Shown here piece after piece: positions 29,683 to 39,631 of a DNA stretch of 60,716 bases; the first letter of the stretch is position 1, and each line of letters opens with the position of its first letter. The position numbers and the translations under genes were made by a program. The notes beneath the pieces were generated by a model that was not told the origin of the DNA, did not search any database, and worked only from the letters and a program-made list of their open reading frames with translations. Source of the DNA: Betaproteobacteria bacterium (GTDB lineage: Bacteria; Pseudomonadota; Gammaproteobacteria; Burkholderiales; SG8-39); the NCBI GenBank assembly GCA_005884455.1, contig VBCH01000210.1, positions 1 to 60,716 on the forward strand, written 5' to 3'.

Positions 29683-30021
29683 ATGGCAATTTTTCAGTGG
29701 TTCGATACCGAGGAAATCGACGAGTTTGCACGGTCGATCGCCGCCGAACTCGTCAAGCGCGCGCCCCCCGCGGGTCTGGAGGCGCAGGACGAGAAGGCGT
29801 CAAAGCGGCTAAGAAATACGCATCAGGCGGTCTTCTCCCGTGCCGAGCAATTCGCGCGTACCCACAAGCTCAATATCTACAAGAAAGCGCGCCTGGGCAA
29901 TCAATTCCGATGGGCGCTGAAGGAAGCCGGATACCCCAAGGCGTTCGTCGAGACGTGGACCTACGAGCTGATCACTCTGATTGCGCTCAAATCGGCGCCT
30001 CCCCCGACACCGGGTCGTTGA
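29683..30021 (+). CDS. Hypothetical protein (~112 aa) immediately upstream of the GT41 gene
   Basis: ATG at 29680/29683, MAIFQWFDTEEIDEFARSIA...; stop 4 nt before the next start. Confidence 0.65.
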   Translation: MAIFQWFDTEEIDEFARSIAAELVKRAPPAGLEAQDEKASKRLRNTHQAVFSRAEQFARTHKLNIYKKARLGNQFRWALKEAGYPKAFVETWTYELITLIALKSAPPPTPGR

Positions 30022-30025
30022 GCGT

Positions 30026-32419
30026 ATGCTCGAACGGCTGTTCAGGTCCCGTAAGGGGGCAGCGGAAAAGCGCCCGACTCCGAGCCCTTCGGGCGCGGGC
30101 GAAGATCTCCTCGTCTTCGTTTCACGCAAGCTGCACGCCGCCCTACAACACCATCAGGCAGGGCGTCTGCGTGAGGCAGAGGCGGCCTACCGAGAAATGC
30201 TGGCAGTCGATCCGGAAAACATCGACGCGCTGCACTTCTTGGGCGTCATCTCGCATCAGCGGGGCGAACATGGACGGGCCGCCGAGTTGATATCGCGGGC
30301 GCTCGAGCGCAATCCCTCGAATGCGCCCGCCCACAACAACCTCGGCAATGCGCTGGGAGCGCAAGGAAAGCTCAACGAGGCCGTCGTCTCCTACCTGAAC
30401 GCTCTGGCGCTCGACCCGGATTACGTCGATGCACTCGTCAATCTGGGTGCCGCCCTCAGGGCCCAAGGCAAGCCGGATCGCGCCCTCGCTTGCTACCAGC
30501 GGGCTCTCGCTCTCGCACCCAATGCTCCTGCGGCGCGCGCCGGGCTGCAGGATGTCCTCAGGGATCAGAGCAGTGTCGGCAAAGCCGCAATCCGCTCTGA
30601 CAAGGCACCGACGCTTGAGCCCGAATCCTGTGAATGGCACTTCGGTCAGGGGAATTCCTACAAGGACCAGGCTCAATGGGATGAAGCCGTCGCCAGTTAC
30701 GAGAGAGCCTTGTCACTGGCTCCCGATTTTTCCCCGGCATATGTCAACCTGGGCAACGTGCTCAATGTCCAGGGCAAGCCTGACCAGGCAATTGCTTGCT
30801 ACCGGAAGGCGCTCGTGATCGAGCCCGACCTGCTCGAGGCGCATTACAATCTCGCGGACGTCCTGCGGGATCAAAACAGGCTGAATGAAGCGATTCCCTG
30901 CTACGAAAAGGTCCTCGCACTCCGGCCGGATCTCCCCGAAGCGCATTGGGGCCTGGGTCACGTTTTCAGAAACCAGGGCCGATTGAACGAAGGGCTCGAC
31001 TGCAACAGGAAGGCGCTCTCCCTCGATCCCGAGTACGTCGAGGCGCGCTGGGCGCTTGCGATGTCGCAAATACCCAAGATGTACGGGACGGACGCCGATC
31101 CCACGAGTTGCAGGACCGCGTTCGTCGGGCAGCTGGATGAGCTGGAGCGCTGGTTTGACGGGACCCGGAGCGCGCAGGGTTTCAAGGCGGTGGGTACCCA
31201 ACAACCTTTTCCGCTGGCGTATCAGGAAGAAAACAACCGCAGTTTGCTCAAGCGCTACGGAAGTCTGTGTACGCGACTGATGGGCGAGTGGTTCGCAAGG
31301 CAGGGCTTCGTCGCTCCCGGAAGACGCAGACCCGACGGCGTGATCCGTGTCGGTATCGCCTCGCAATACTTTTGGAACCACTCGGTCTGGAATGCCATCG
31401 TCAAGGGGTGGTTCGAGAAAATCGGCCGCGAGCGCTTCGCCCTCTACGCGTTCTATTTCGGCGTTCGTGAAGACCAAGAGACCCTGTTTGCGAAGTCTTC
31501 CGCAGCGCGTTTCGAGCAGGGAGCAAGGCCTCTGCAGCGCTGGGTGCAGGACATCATCGACCAGCAACTGGACGTCCTGATCTATCCGGAGATCGGGATG
31601 GATCCGATGTCGATAAAGCTCGCCAGCTTGCGCCTTGCGCCGGTCCAGGTGGCGACGTGGGGGCATCCCGAGACGACCGGGCTGCCGACGATCGATTACT
31701 ACCTGTCCGCGGAAGAAATGGAGCCACCCGACGCGCAGGAGAATTACACGGAACGGCTGATTACCTTGCCCAGCCTGGGTTGTTTCTATCGACCTTGGGG
31801 AGGCAAACCCATCCATCCCGATCTTGGGAAACTGGGCATCGACGTCCGGTCTCCCCTTTTTCTGTGCCCCGGCATGCCATTCAAATACGCACCTCAACAC
31901 GATTGGGTTATTGCCGAAATCGCCCGCAGGTTGGGCCGGTGCCAGTTTATTTTCTTCATACCCGAGGTGAGCAATCTGGCCGAAAAATTGCGACAGCGAC
32001 TCGAAGCCGTTTTCACCCGATACGGCCTGAATATCGATCAACATGTGATCTTCATTCCCTGGCTGACCGGCCCGGCGTTTGACGGACTGCTCGATCGGGC
32101 CGATGTCTTCCTGGACACCATCGGCTTCTCGGGCTTCAACACCGCGATGCAGGCGGTTGAGCGCGGGACCCCGATCGTGACTTGGGAAGGGCGGTTTCTG
32201 CGCGGCAGGCTGGCGAGCGGCATCCTGAAGCGGATGGGATTGCAGGAGCTGGTCGCTGGGTCGGAGGAAGACTACATTTCGCTTGCGGTCAAGCTCATCC
32301 GGGACGGTGAATACCGCGAGCGCGCCCGCAAGCGCATCGAAGCGGAACGCCACGTTCTCTTCGAGGATATGGCGCCGATACGCGCCTTGGAGAGCTTCCT
32401 GGCTGAGGTCGCGAAGTGA
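30026..32419 (+). CDS. TPR-containing O-GlcNAc transferase/SPINDLY-like glycosyltransferase (GT41)
   Basis: Many TPRs, then RVGIASQYFWNHSV, RLAPVQVATWGHPETTGLPTIDY, DVFLDTIGFSGFNT. Confidence 0.9.
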   Translation: MLERLFRSRKGAAEKRPTPSPSGAGEDLLVFVSRKLHAALQHHQAGRLREAEAAYREMLAVDPENIDALHFLGVISHQRGEHGRAAELISRALERNPSNAPAHNNLGNALGAQGKLNEAVVSYLNALALDPDYVDALVNLGAALRAQGKPDRALACYQRALALAPNAPAARAGLQDVLRDQSSVGKAAIRSDKAPTLEPESCEWHFGQGNSYKDQAQWDEAVASYERALSLAPDFSPAYVNLGNVLNVQGKPDQAIACYRKALVIEPDLLEAHYNLADVLRDQNRLNEAIPCYEKVLALRPDLPEAHWGLGHVFRNQGRLNEGLDCNRKALSLDPEYVEARWALAMSQIPKMYGTDADPTSCRTAFVGQLDELERWFDGTRSAQGFKAVGTQQPFPLAYQEENNRSLLKRYGSLCTRLMGEWFARQGFVAPGRRRPDGVIRVGIASQYFWNHSVWNAIVKGWFEKIGRERFALYAFYFGVREDQETLFAKSSAARFEQGARPLQRWVQDIIDQQLDVLIYPEIGMDPMSIKLASLRLAPVQVATWGHPETTGLPTIDYYLSAEEMEPPDAQENYTERLITLPSLGCFYRPWGGKPIHPDLGKLGIDVRSPLFLCPGMPFKYAPQHDWVIAEIARRLGRCQFIFFIPEVSNLAEKLRQRLEAVFTRYGLNIDQHVIFIPWLTGPAFDGLLDRADVFLDTIGFSGFNTAMQAVERGTPIVTWEGRFLRGRLASGILKRMGLQELVAGSEEDYISLAVKLIRDGEYRERARKRIEAERHVLFEDMAPIRALESFLAEVAK

Positions 32420-32572
32420 CGCCGCGTCAGCCAATGCGACCGAGCCGGTGACGTTCAGCGTCAGACTGTGCCGCATTTTAGATCGAAGCCGTTCCTTTCC
32501 ATAGCCGAATCAAGCTCTGTAAATGACTTAAAATGTCATAAAAACAATGGAATAAGTCCGACGTTCCAAGGG

Positions 32573-32588
32573 CGGCATGCGACTTGCT
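32573..32588 (+). promoter_or_regulatory. Sigma54 (-24/-12) promoter of the pilin gene
   Basis: CGGCATGCGACTTGCT = GG-N10-GC; AT-rich tract upstream (32510-32555). Confidence 0.75.
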
Positions 32589-32634
32589 CTTACCAACCCA
32601 GGCGCCATATCGGCGTGTCGAGAAGGGAGTATCC

Positions 32635-33132
32635 ATGAGAGCGATTCAGAAGGGCTTTACCTTGATCGAGTTGATGATCGTAGTTGCGATCATCGGCATT
32701 CTGGCCGCAGTAGCACTACCGGCGTATCAGGACTACAGCAACCGGGCGAAGATATCCGAAGTGATCCTGGCTGCGAGCGCATGCCGCACCTCGATTACCG
32801 AGGTCTTCCAGAGTGCCACCAGCGCGCCTGGGATCAACAACTGGGGCTGCGAAGTCACGAGCGCCACGACCGGCGGGGCCTCGAAGTACGTGCAATATAT
32901 TGCCACGGATGCCAACGGGAAGGTCCAAGTGACGATCCAGGGCTTTGCTCCGGCGACTAATATCAACGGTACGGTGGTCACCTTGGTCCCGCTGAAAAAC
33001 CCCGGTGGGGTGCCGGCGGCCATGAGCTCTACCGACGTGGGTGGAATGACGGTCTTCGGCTGGCGTTGTGGCAACCAGGGCGACGGCACGAACTTGAACC
33101 CGAAGTTCCTGCCTGGCTCCTGCCGCGGCTAA
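32635..33132 (+). CDS. pilA: Type IVa major pilin
   Basis: MRAIQKG|[27 protein letters not shown] prepilin motif; C-terminal WRC...PGSCRG disulfide loop; own promoter and terminator. Confidence 0.95.
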   Translation: MRAIQKGFTLIELMIVVAIIGILAAVALPAYQDYSNRAKISEVILAASACRTSITEVFQSATSAPGINNWGCEVTSATTGGASKYVQYIATDANGKVQVTIQGFAPATNINGTVVTLVPLKNPGGVPAAMSSTDVGGMTVFGWRCGNQGDGTNLNPKFLPGSCRG

Positions 33133-33148
33133 GCGCAGCTTCGTAGTG

Positions 33149-33181
33149 AAAAAAGGTACCCTTCGGGGTACCTTTTTTTTT
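33149..33181 (+). terminator. Strong Rho-independent terminator after pilA
   Basis: AAAAAAGGTACCC-TTCG-GGGTACCTTTTTTTTT. Confidence 0.92.
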
Positions 33182-33185
33182 CCCT

Positions 33186-34877
33186 ATGCTCGCAAGCATC
33201 TTCGGGCGGTTCCGGCCCTGGATCGCCGCAACCCTCATCGCGGGGTTCGCCTGCGGCCTTTACGGGCCTTTTCTGGGAAGCCCGAGGGTCTTCGACGACT
33301 GGGTGTTTTTCTCGGGACAGAACTTTTCCTACTATGCCACGCATCCGTTCGGCCTTGAGCTGAGGCTTCCTCCGTACTTCTCGCTCGCCGTCACGGAAGT
33401 GGAAATCGGGGGCATGTTCGCCCACCGGATCGTGAGTCTCGCCATCCATATCGCTTGCGCGCTCGCGATTTACAAGCTCATCTGCGATCTGCTGCGGCTG
33501 CCCGCGAACCGACCGGAATCCGCGTCCGCGGCGAACGCCACCGCGTGGGCGTTCATCGGCGCATCCCTATTCGCGATCCATCCGGTAGCCGTGTACGGAG
33601 CAGGCTATCTGGTCCAGCGCACCATCGTCTTCGCCACGCTGTTTTCGCTGTTGTCGATCGTGCTGTTCGTGAGAGGGCTCACGCGCGGCAGCCATGCCGA
33701 CGCGATCACGGCCGGGCTCATGTATTCCATGGCGGTGCTCTCCAAGGAGCACAGCGTGATGTTGCCAGCCGCAGCGGTGCTGACAGTGGCATTGGTCAGG
33801 ACCGAACGGCGCTTCGCCGTTCGTCACGCGGCCCTCTATCTGTCGGTCTGTGCGCCCGCCGCTATTTTCGTGACGTTCCTCAGACGATGGTTGATCGGCG
33901 AGTCGTACGAGCCCGATTACAGTGGCGTCGCTACGCAACTCGAGGGCGTCTTTGGGCATGCGATGTCGGATTTCTCATGGTCGCTGAGCGCAGTCACTCA
34001 GGCGGGCCTCTTCTTCAAGTATCTCGCCTTGTGGCTATGGCCCGATACCCGGGCGATGTCGATCGACGTCCGCGTGGATTTTTTCCAGACATGGTCGACG
34101 GGTTGGGCCATTCTCAAGGTGTCGGCTTTCGTCGGGTTCGGCGTGCTCGGCCTGGTGTTCTTGCGTCGGGGCGGAAGGATCGGAATGGCGGGGTTTGGGA
34201 TGCTCTTTACCTGGATTCTGTTCCTGGCCGAGTTCAGCACGGCTCGATTCCAGGAACCCTTTGTCCTCTACAGGAGCTACTTGTGGGCGCCCGGAGTGCT
34301 GATCGCATTGGCAGCGACGCTGAGCGCGATTCCTCTGCGGGCAGCGATGGCAGCGTCAATACTGGCCATTCCCGTTCTTCTGTACCAGGCCCATGACCGC
34401 TTGGTCACGTTCTCAAGCTCCTTTCTTCTCTGGGAAGATGCAGTTGCAAAACTTCCGGAGAAGCCCGTTCCCTGGGGTTCGCGGACCTTGTACATGATGG
34501 CCAGGGAATACGCGTACGGGGGGCAGCCGCAGAAAGCGATCGAGATCGCCGAAAAATGCATGGCGCAGTACCCGGACACCATTCACTGTCATTACTCCCG
34601 CGGAGTGATTCATCTCCTCCAGGGCCAATACGAATTGGCGCTTCGCCATCTGGCTCGAGCGGTCGAGCTGCAGCCCGACAGCGGAATCGCACACCACCGT
34701 CTCGGATTGGTTTTGGAGCGACTTGGCAGGACGCGGGAAGCGAAGGCGGAGTACGGGCGCGCATCCGATCTGGGCTTCAAGGGTGCGGACCTCGAGATCA
34801 GGCGCCTGGATTCCTCTGGCGCGGACCGTGCGGTCCGGAAAGGGACGCCCAGGCCTCGCGCCGAAAAGGAGCCGTGA
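33186..34877 (+). CDS. Polytopic GT-C fold glycosyltransferase with C-terminal TPRs (TMTC-like); putative pilin glycosyltransferase
   Basis: VFDD after TM1, LFAIHP, LSKE, YRSYL, W.DAV.K.P, then TPRs; directly downstream of pilA. Confidence 0.72.
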   Translation: MLASIFGRFRPWIAATLIAGFACGLYGPFLGSPRVFDDWVFFSGQNFSYYATHPFGLELRLPPYFSLAVTEVEIGGMFAHRIVSLAIHIACALAIYKLICDLLRLPANRPESASAANATAWAFIGASLFAIHPVAVYGAGYLVQRTIVFATLFSLLSIVLFVRGLTRGSHADAITAGLMYSMAVLSKEHSVMLPAAAVLTVALVRTERRFAVRHAALYLSVCAPAAIFVTFLRRWLIGESYEPDYSGVATQLEGVFGHAMSDFSWSLSAVTQAGLFFKYLALWLWPDTRAMSIDVRVDFFQTWSTGWAILKVSAFVGFGVLGLVFLRRGGRIGMAGFGMLFTWILFLAEFSTARFQEPFVLYRSYLWAPGVLIALAATLSAIPLRAAMAASILAIPVLLYQAHDRLVTFSSSFLLWEDAVAKLPEKPVPWGSRTLYMMAREYAYGGQPQKAIEIAEKCMAQYPDTIHCHYSRGVIHLLQGQYELALRHLARAVELQPDSGIAHHRLGLVLERLGRTREAKAEYGRASDLGFKGADLEIRRLDSSGADRAVRKGTPRPRAEKEP

Positions 34878-34912
34878 TCAGGCCGCGCGAATTGTCGGAG
34901 GGCCCCCGGCGC

Positions 34913-35404
34913 CTAGGCTTGCGCCACTCGAAAGTGCCCGGAGCGACCGCCGGATTTTTCAAGCAGCTTGATGTCCTCGATGATCATGGCGCGGTCCACT
35001 GCTTTGCACATATCGTAGATCGTGAGCAGTCCCACGCTCACCGCTGCCAGGGCCTCCATCTCGACTCCCGTGCGGCCGATCGTCTCGACGGTCACCACGA
35101 GGCGGATCGCAGACCGGCGCTTCTCCGCGGTGAACTCTGCTGCGACTCGTGTAAGCCCGAGGAAATGGCACAAAGGGATCAGCTCCGCCGTCCGCTTGGC
35201 CGCCTGAATCGCGGCGACCCGGGCCACTCCGAGGACGTCGCCTTTCTTGGCGCCTCCCGCGAGGACGAGCTTCAAGGTCGAGGACGCCATGCGAATCGTG
35301 CCGCCGGCGCGCGCGACGCGATGCGTCTCAGGCTTGTCTCCGACGTTCACCATATGAGCCCGCCCGGACCCGTCGAAATGGCTCAATTTTCTTGACCGAT
35401 TCAT
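34913..35404 (-). CDS. moaC: Cyclic pyranopterin monophosphate synthase
   Basis: [39 protein letters not shown]. Confidence 0.97.
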   Translation of the reverse strand: MNRSRKLSHFDGSGRAHMVNVGDKPETHRVARAGGTIRMASSTLKLVLAGGAKKGDVLGVARVAAIQAAKRTAELIPLCHFLGLTRVAAEFTAEKRRSAIRLVVTVETIGRTGVEMEALAAVSVGLLTIYDMCKAVDRAMIIEDIKLLEKSGGRSGHFRVAQA

Positions 35405-35487
35405 TTCCCCACCTTCGAGCGACACGCAGATCCGTGTAAAAACGACGCACCCGGGAACCCAACCCGGAGAGCGGTATCATATTATCC

Positions 35488-36927
35488 ATGAGAATCCTCG
35501 TCGTCTGCCTGGGCCTCGCGCTGTTGGTCCCGACAGCACAGGCACAGACCCTCCCGGAGCTGGGTGACACGTCCGGTGCGCTGCTGTCGCCTTACCTCGA
35601 ACGCAAGATCGGCGAGCAGGCGATGCGGGAAATTCGCTTGCGCGAACCGAGCTTTCTCGACGACCCGGAGCTTACAGAGTACGTGAACGAAGTCGGCGGG
35701 CGCATTGTGGCCGCGAACCACGAGGCGCGTCAGGACTTCGAGTTCTTCATGGTGCGCGACAACACCATCAACGCCTTTGCGATGCCCGGCGGATTCGTGG
35801 GCGTGCACACCGGCCTGCTGCTCGCGGCGCAGACGGAGTCCGAGCTTGCGGGGGTGCTGGCGCACGAGGTGGCTCACGTGACCCAGCACCACATCGCCCG
35901 GCTTCTGGGAAAACAGGAACAGATGTCGATTCCCACTCTAGTGGCGGTGGTTCTGGGCATTCTGGCCGCCCGCTCGCGTCCTGATCTGGCGCAGGCGGTC
36001 ATCGCCGGTGCAGGAGCAAGCAGCATTCAATCGCAGCTCAATTACACTCGTGATTTCGAGCGCGAGGCCGACAGAATCGGCTTTCAATTTCTCCAGCAGG
36101 CGGGTTTCGACGTCGGCGGCATGGGCGCGTTCTTCGAACGGATACAGAAAGCGACCCGGCTGTATGAGAACAACGCGCCGGCCTATTTGCGCACGCACCC
36201 TCTTACCAGCGAGCGCATCGCCGATATGCAGAATCGCGCCCAGGCGGCGGTGTACAAGCAAGCGCCCGATAGCATCGAGTTTCATCTTGCGCGAGCAAAG
36301 GTCCGCGCCGAACAGGGACTGCCGCGCGAAGCCGTCGCGCATTTCGAGGAGCTGGTGAGGGAGCACCGGTATGCCGAGGAGGCCGGTGCCCGCTACGGCC
36401 TGGCGAGCGCTCTGGCGAGGGCACGCGAGTTTTCCCGTGCGTCATCCGAAATCGAAGCGGTACGCAAGCTGCTCGGGACTCACCCCATGGTAGAGCTGCT
36501 GATGGCACGGGTGCGCCTCGGCGCCGGTGATCCGGCGGGGGCCCGCGACGTGTTGCGCGAGGCCCTCGCTCGCGCCCCCAACTATCGGCCGCTTCACTAC
36601 GCCTACGTGGATGTACTGCAAGGGATGGGACAGCACCAGGCGGCGCTCGCATGGCTCGCGGAGCTGGTGAAAAGCTACCCACGAGATGCGCGGTTGTACA
36701 GCATGCAAGCCAAATCGTATGCCGCATCGGGCAAACGCCTGTTGCACCATCAGGCGCTTGCCGAGACCTACGTTCTGCAGGGAACCCTGCCGGCCGCGAT
36801 CGAGCAGCTCCTGTTCGCGCAGAAGAGCGGAGACGGAGATTTCTACCAACTTTCCGCTGTCGAGGCGCGCTTGCGGGATCTGCGCTCGTTGCAGGCCGAG
36901 GAGAAAAAAACGGCCAAGGCAAACTGA
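35488..36927 (+). CDS. bepA: M48 family periplasmic metalloprotease/chaperone with TPRs (BepA/YfgC)
   Basis: Signal peptide, LPELG, INAFAMPGG, HEVAH, EREADRIG, YLRTHP. Confidence 0.9.
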   Translation: MRILVVCLGLALLVPTAQAQTLPELGDTSGALLSPYLERKIGEQAMREIRLREPSFLDDPELTEYVNEVGGRIVAANHEARQDFEFFMVRDNTINAFAMPGGFVGVHTGLLLAAQTESELAGVLAHEVAHVTQHHIARLLGKQEQMSIPTLVAVVLGILAARSRPDLAQAVIAGAGASSIQSQLNYTRDFEREADRIGFQFLQQAGFDVGGMGAFFERIQKATRLYENNAPAYLRTHPLTSERIADMQNRAQAAVYKQAPDSIEFHLARAKVRAEQGLPREAVAHFEELVREHRYAEEAGARYGLASALARAREFSRASSEIEAVRKLLGTHPMVELLMARVRLGAGDPAGARDVLREALARAPNYRPLHYAYVDVLQGMGQHQAALAWLAELVKSYPRDARLYSMQAKSYAASGKRLLHHQALAETYVLQGTLPAAIEQLLFAQKSGDGDFYQLSAVEARLRDLRSLQAEEKKTAKAN

Positions 36928-36948
36928 AAACGCGCCTGCGTTTCGGGA

Positions 36949-37932
36949 TCAGTAGCGGGAAACGGGGTCTTTGCCCGGCGCGTCGAAGTAGGCTTCGTAC
37001 AGGAGATCGAAGGTTTTCTCGCTTTCGGTGAACAGCTCCTCGTCGCTGTTGCAGCGCCGACGAGCTCCTTCGAGCAGCGTTTCCACTCCCGCGGCCTCGG
37101 CGACCGGCGCACCACCCGTCTCGAGATAATGCACGAGCGCTCCGATTCTCGTGAGCGTTTCGTTGTTGTCCAGGCTGAACTTCGCGAGCAACTCTTGGAA
37201 TGTTACCTTGTCCCTGCTGTTGGAAAAGGTCGCGCCGTCGAAACCGAACCCCACCGCGGTCGTAGGGCACTGTTGGGTCTTTTCCATCCACATCAGGCTC
37301 GCCTCCGGGTCGATGAAACGACGGATGAGCCAAGCGGACGCTAGCCGATCGGCCAAGAGGGGTTTGCGGGACGCCCAAAGGCGCTTGAAGTAATAGCGCC
37401 CCGTCTGGGTAAGGCGGCCGGAGTTGGGAGCATCGGGAAACATCCTTTTTCGTACCTCGCCTTCTGTCTCGCGCAGCGCTTGCGCGGCCTGCTCCTTTGC
37501 CGGCGAACCAAAGAAATCGAGCGCGCTGATCGCTTCGAATTCACGTCGCTGCTTGTTGAGGACTCGGGCGATCGCACTGGGCTCGGAAATCCCGAAGCCG
37601 GCGCGTAGGCCCTCGACGGCTTTGATCAATTCCTCGTATTTTCCCGCCCGGTCAAAAAGGGACCGGAACGCCTGTTCTTGCTGGGCGTCCAAATTCGTCG
37701 CCGGCAGGATATGCGCCGTGCCGTTGATGCGGCTCATGTGCTCGGACAGGCGCCGCAGGCCTTGCCGATTCGCCTGGCTGTCGGGAAGCAAGTAGACGCC
37801 CTCGCGCAGCACAGCGCAGCCCATGGATTCGAGCGTGCGCAGCACCCGCATTCGTGCGGCCGGATCATCCATGGGAAGACTGGCGACATATACCAGCCAT
37901 TTCGGATCAGGTGGTGGCGATTCCTTGGGCAA
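36949..37932 (-). CDS. ChrB-family (chromate resistance regulator-like) protein
   Basis: RMRVLRTL..GC..LREGVYLLP N-domain; DFF; W.SR...DRLASAWLIRRFIDPEA, FDGATFS, EAAG. Confidence 0.8.
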   Translation of the reverse strand: MPKESPPPDPKWLVYVASLPMDDPAARMRVLRTLESMGCAVLREGVYLLPDSQANRQGLRRLSEHMSRINGTAHILPATNLDAQQEQAFRSLFDRAGKYEELIKAVEGLRAGFGISEPSAIARVLNKQRREFEAISALDFFGSPAKEQAAQALRETEGEVRKRMFPDAPNSGRLTQTGRYYFKRLWASRKPLLADRLASAWLIRRFIDPEASLMWMEKTQQCPTTAVGFGFDGATFSNSRDKVTFQELLAKFSLDNNETLTRIGALVHYLETGGAPVAEAAGVETLLEGARRRCNSDEELFTESEKTFDLLYEAYFDAPGKDPVSRY

Positions 37933-38090
37933 AAGCCGCTCCTCGGTGAAGGTGCCCCCTTATCGGCGTCACAGTTTAAGTATCGCAAACCGTTTAGGCA
38001 ACCCGGATGTCTCGCAGATCCGCCTGCGCGGCTTCATCGGAGGTGCGGTTTGGTATATAGTTTCCGCGCTTCGAGTGTACACGAGAGACG

Positions 38091-38321
38091 ATGACGACTT
38101 TCGACAGGGATCTGGATGTGCGCGGCCTCAATTGCCCGCTTCCCATCCTGCGCGCCAAGAAGGCTTTGGCGGAGCTGAAGAGCGGCGAGGTACTTCGGGT
38201 CCTAGCTACCGATCCGGGTTCGGTAAAGGATTTTCAGGCCTTTGCAAAACAGACGGGCAATCAGTTGCTCTCGCACGATGAAGCGGACAGAGTCTTCACC
38301 TTCCTGATGAAGAAGAGATGA
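38091..38321 (+). CDS. TusA/SirA family sulfur carrier
   Basis: LDVRGLNCPLPILRAKKAL...ATDPGSVKDF. Confidence 0.92.
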   Translation: MTTFDRDLDVRGLNCPLPILRAKKALAELKSGEVLRVLATDPGSVKDFQAFAKQTGNQLLSHDEADRVFTFLMKKR

Positions 38322-38352
38322 GCGATCGCGGGTGCGATCGACCGATCGCGGC

Positions 38353-39630
38353 CTACGCCCGCGGTTCCCGGATGATTCCCTGCTTCAGGTAGACGGGCCT
38401 CACGGCTCGCGCCCAGGTCTTCAGGCCCAGCGCGAACGTGCCTCCCGCGAGGACCACGATCAGGCCGCATCCGAAGAGAGTCCAGTGAGCCCCGATCACT
38501 TCGGCGAGTGCCCCCGCGGTGAAGTTGCCGATCGGGGCAAAACCGAGGAAGCACATGACGTACATGCTGATCACCCTCGCGCGCTTGTCCTCGTCCGCCA
38601 GGGTCTGGAGAACGGTATTGATGGAGGCCGCGGTGACGACGAGCCCGGCGCCGAAGACCGCGAGGAACGCGAGTGACAACCAGAGAGTTCCGGACAGGGA
38701 GAATCCGCTCAAAGCGACGCCGGCCACCACGGTAGTCGAGGCGACAACCCGGCCGAGCCCGCGCACCGAACCGCGCGCAGCAAGCACAAAGGTGCCGACT
38801 ATGGCGCCCAGCCCGACCGCGCCGATGAGGAAACCGAGCGTCTTCGAGTTGCCGCTGAATGTCTCGGCGGCGAATATGGGCATCAGGGACGACCAGGGCG
38901 CCGTGAAAAACCCCATCCCCATGAGGAGCAGCAAAAGACGCCGGGTGCCCGTAAAACCGAAGGCATAAGCGAATCCCGACGCCAGCTCGCGCCACCACTC
39001 GGCCCCCGCATCGGGAGGCTTGCGTGGCCTCACGCGCACGACGGCGTAGGTCGCGATGATGGCCAGATAAAAAAGGGCGTTGGCGAGAAAGCACCACGCT
39101 TCACCGAGCGCGGCAAGCACCAGCCCCGCCACGGAAGGTCCCACGAAGCGCGTGGACTGAAACAGCATCGATTGCAGGGCGATCGCGTTGGGCAGATCCT
39201 CCCTGTGCTCGATCAGCTCGAGCAGGAACGCCTGACGGGTCGGCGTTTCGAACGCAGTGATGATCCCGAGGAAAAGAGCGAGCGCGATCAAGTGCGGAAC
39301 GCGAATCACCTCAGTGAAGGTGAGCAGAGCGAGCGCCAGTGCCTGCACGAACGCGAGCGATTGGATCAGCATCAGCAGGCGCCGGCGATTCACCCGGTCG
39401 GCCCATACGCCGGCGATCGGGGATAGAAACAATACGGGCAGCTGCTGGGCTCCCGCGGTCACTCCGAGCAGAAGCGCCGAGCCGCTGACGCGGTACACCA
39501 GCCAGCTCATCGCCACCATCTGTATCCAGTTCCCGAGCAGCGACAGGCCCTGGCCGGCGTAGAAGATCCGGAAGCTCTTCGAGCGGAAGGCGCGCAGCGC
39601 GGGATGCACAGAGGCGGCAGCCTTGGACAA
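38353..39630 (-). CDS. MFS transporter (MFS_3/DHA3-like)
   Basis: About 12 TM helices; GQGLSLLGNWIQ, GVWADRVNRRRL. Confidence 0.9.
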   Translation of the reverse strand: MSKAAASVHPALRAFRSKSFRIFYAGQGLSLLGNWIQMVAMSWLVYRVSGSALLLGVTAGAQQLPVLFLSPIAGVWADRVNRRRLLMLIQSLAFVQALALALLTFTEVIRVPHLIALALFLGIITAFETPTRQAFLLELIEHREDLPNAIALQSMLFQSTRFVGPSVAGLVLAALGEAWCFLANALFYLAIIATYAVVRVRPRKPPDAGAEWWRELASGFAYAFGFTGTRRLLLLLMGMGFFTAPWSSLMPIFAAETFSGNSKTLGFLIGAVGLGAIVGTFVLAARGSVRGLGRVVASTTVVAGVALSGFSLSGTLWLSLAFLAVFGAGLVVTAASINTVLQTLADEDKRARVISMYVMCFLGFAPIGNFTAGALAEVIGAHWTLFGCGLIVVLAGGTFALGLKTWARAVRPVYLKQGIIREPRA

Positions 39631-39631
39631 C

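Noticed and set aside
30130-31060. Recurrent ~100-nt-period similarity
   Set aside because: TPR protein repeats; no identical direct repeats with spacers, so not CRISPR
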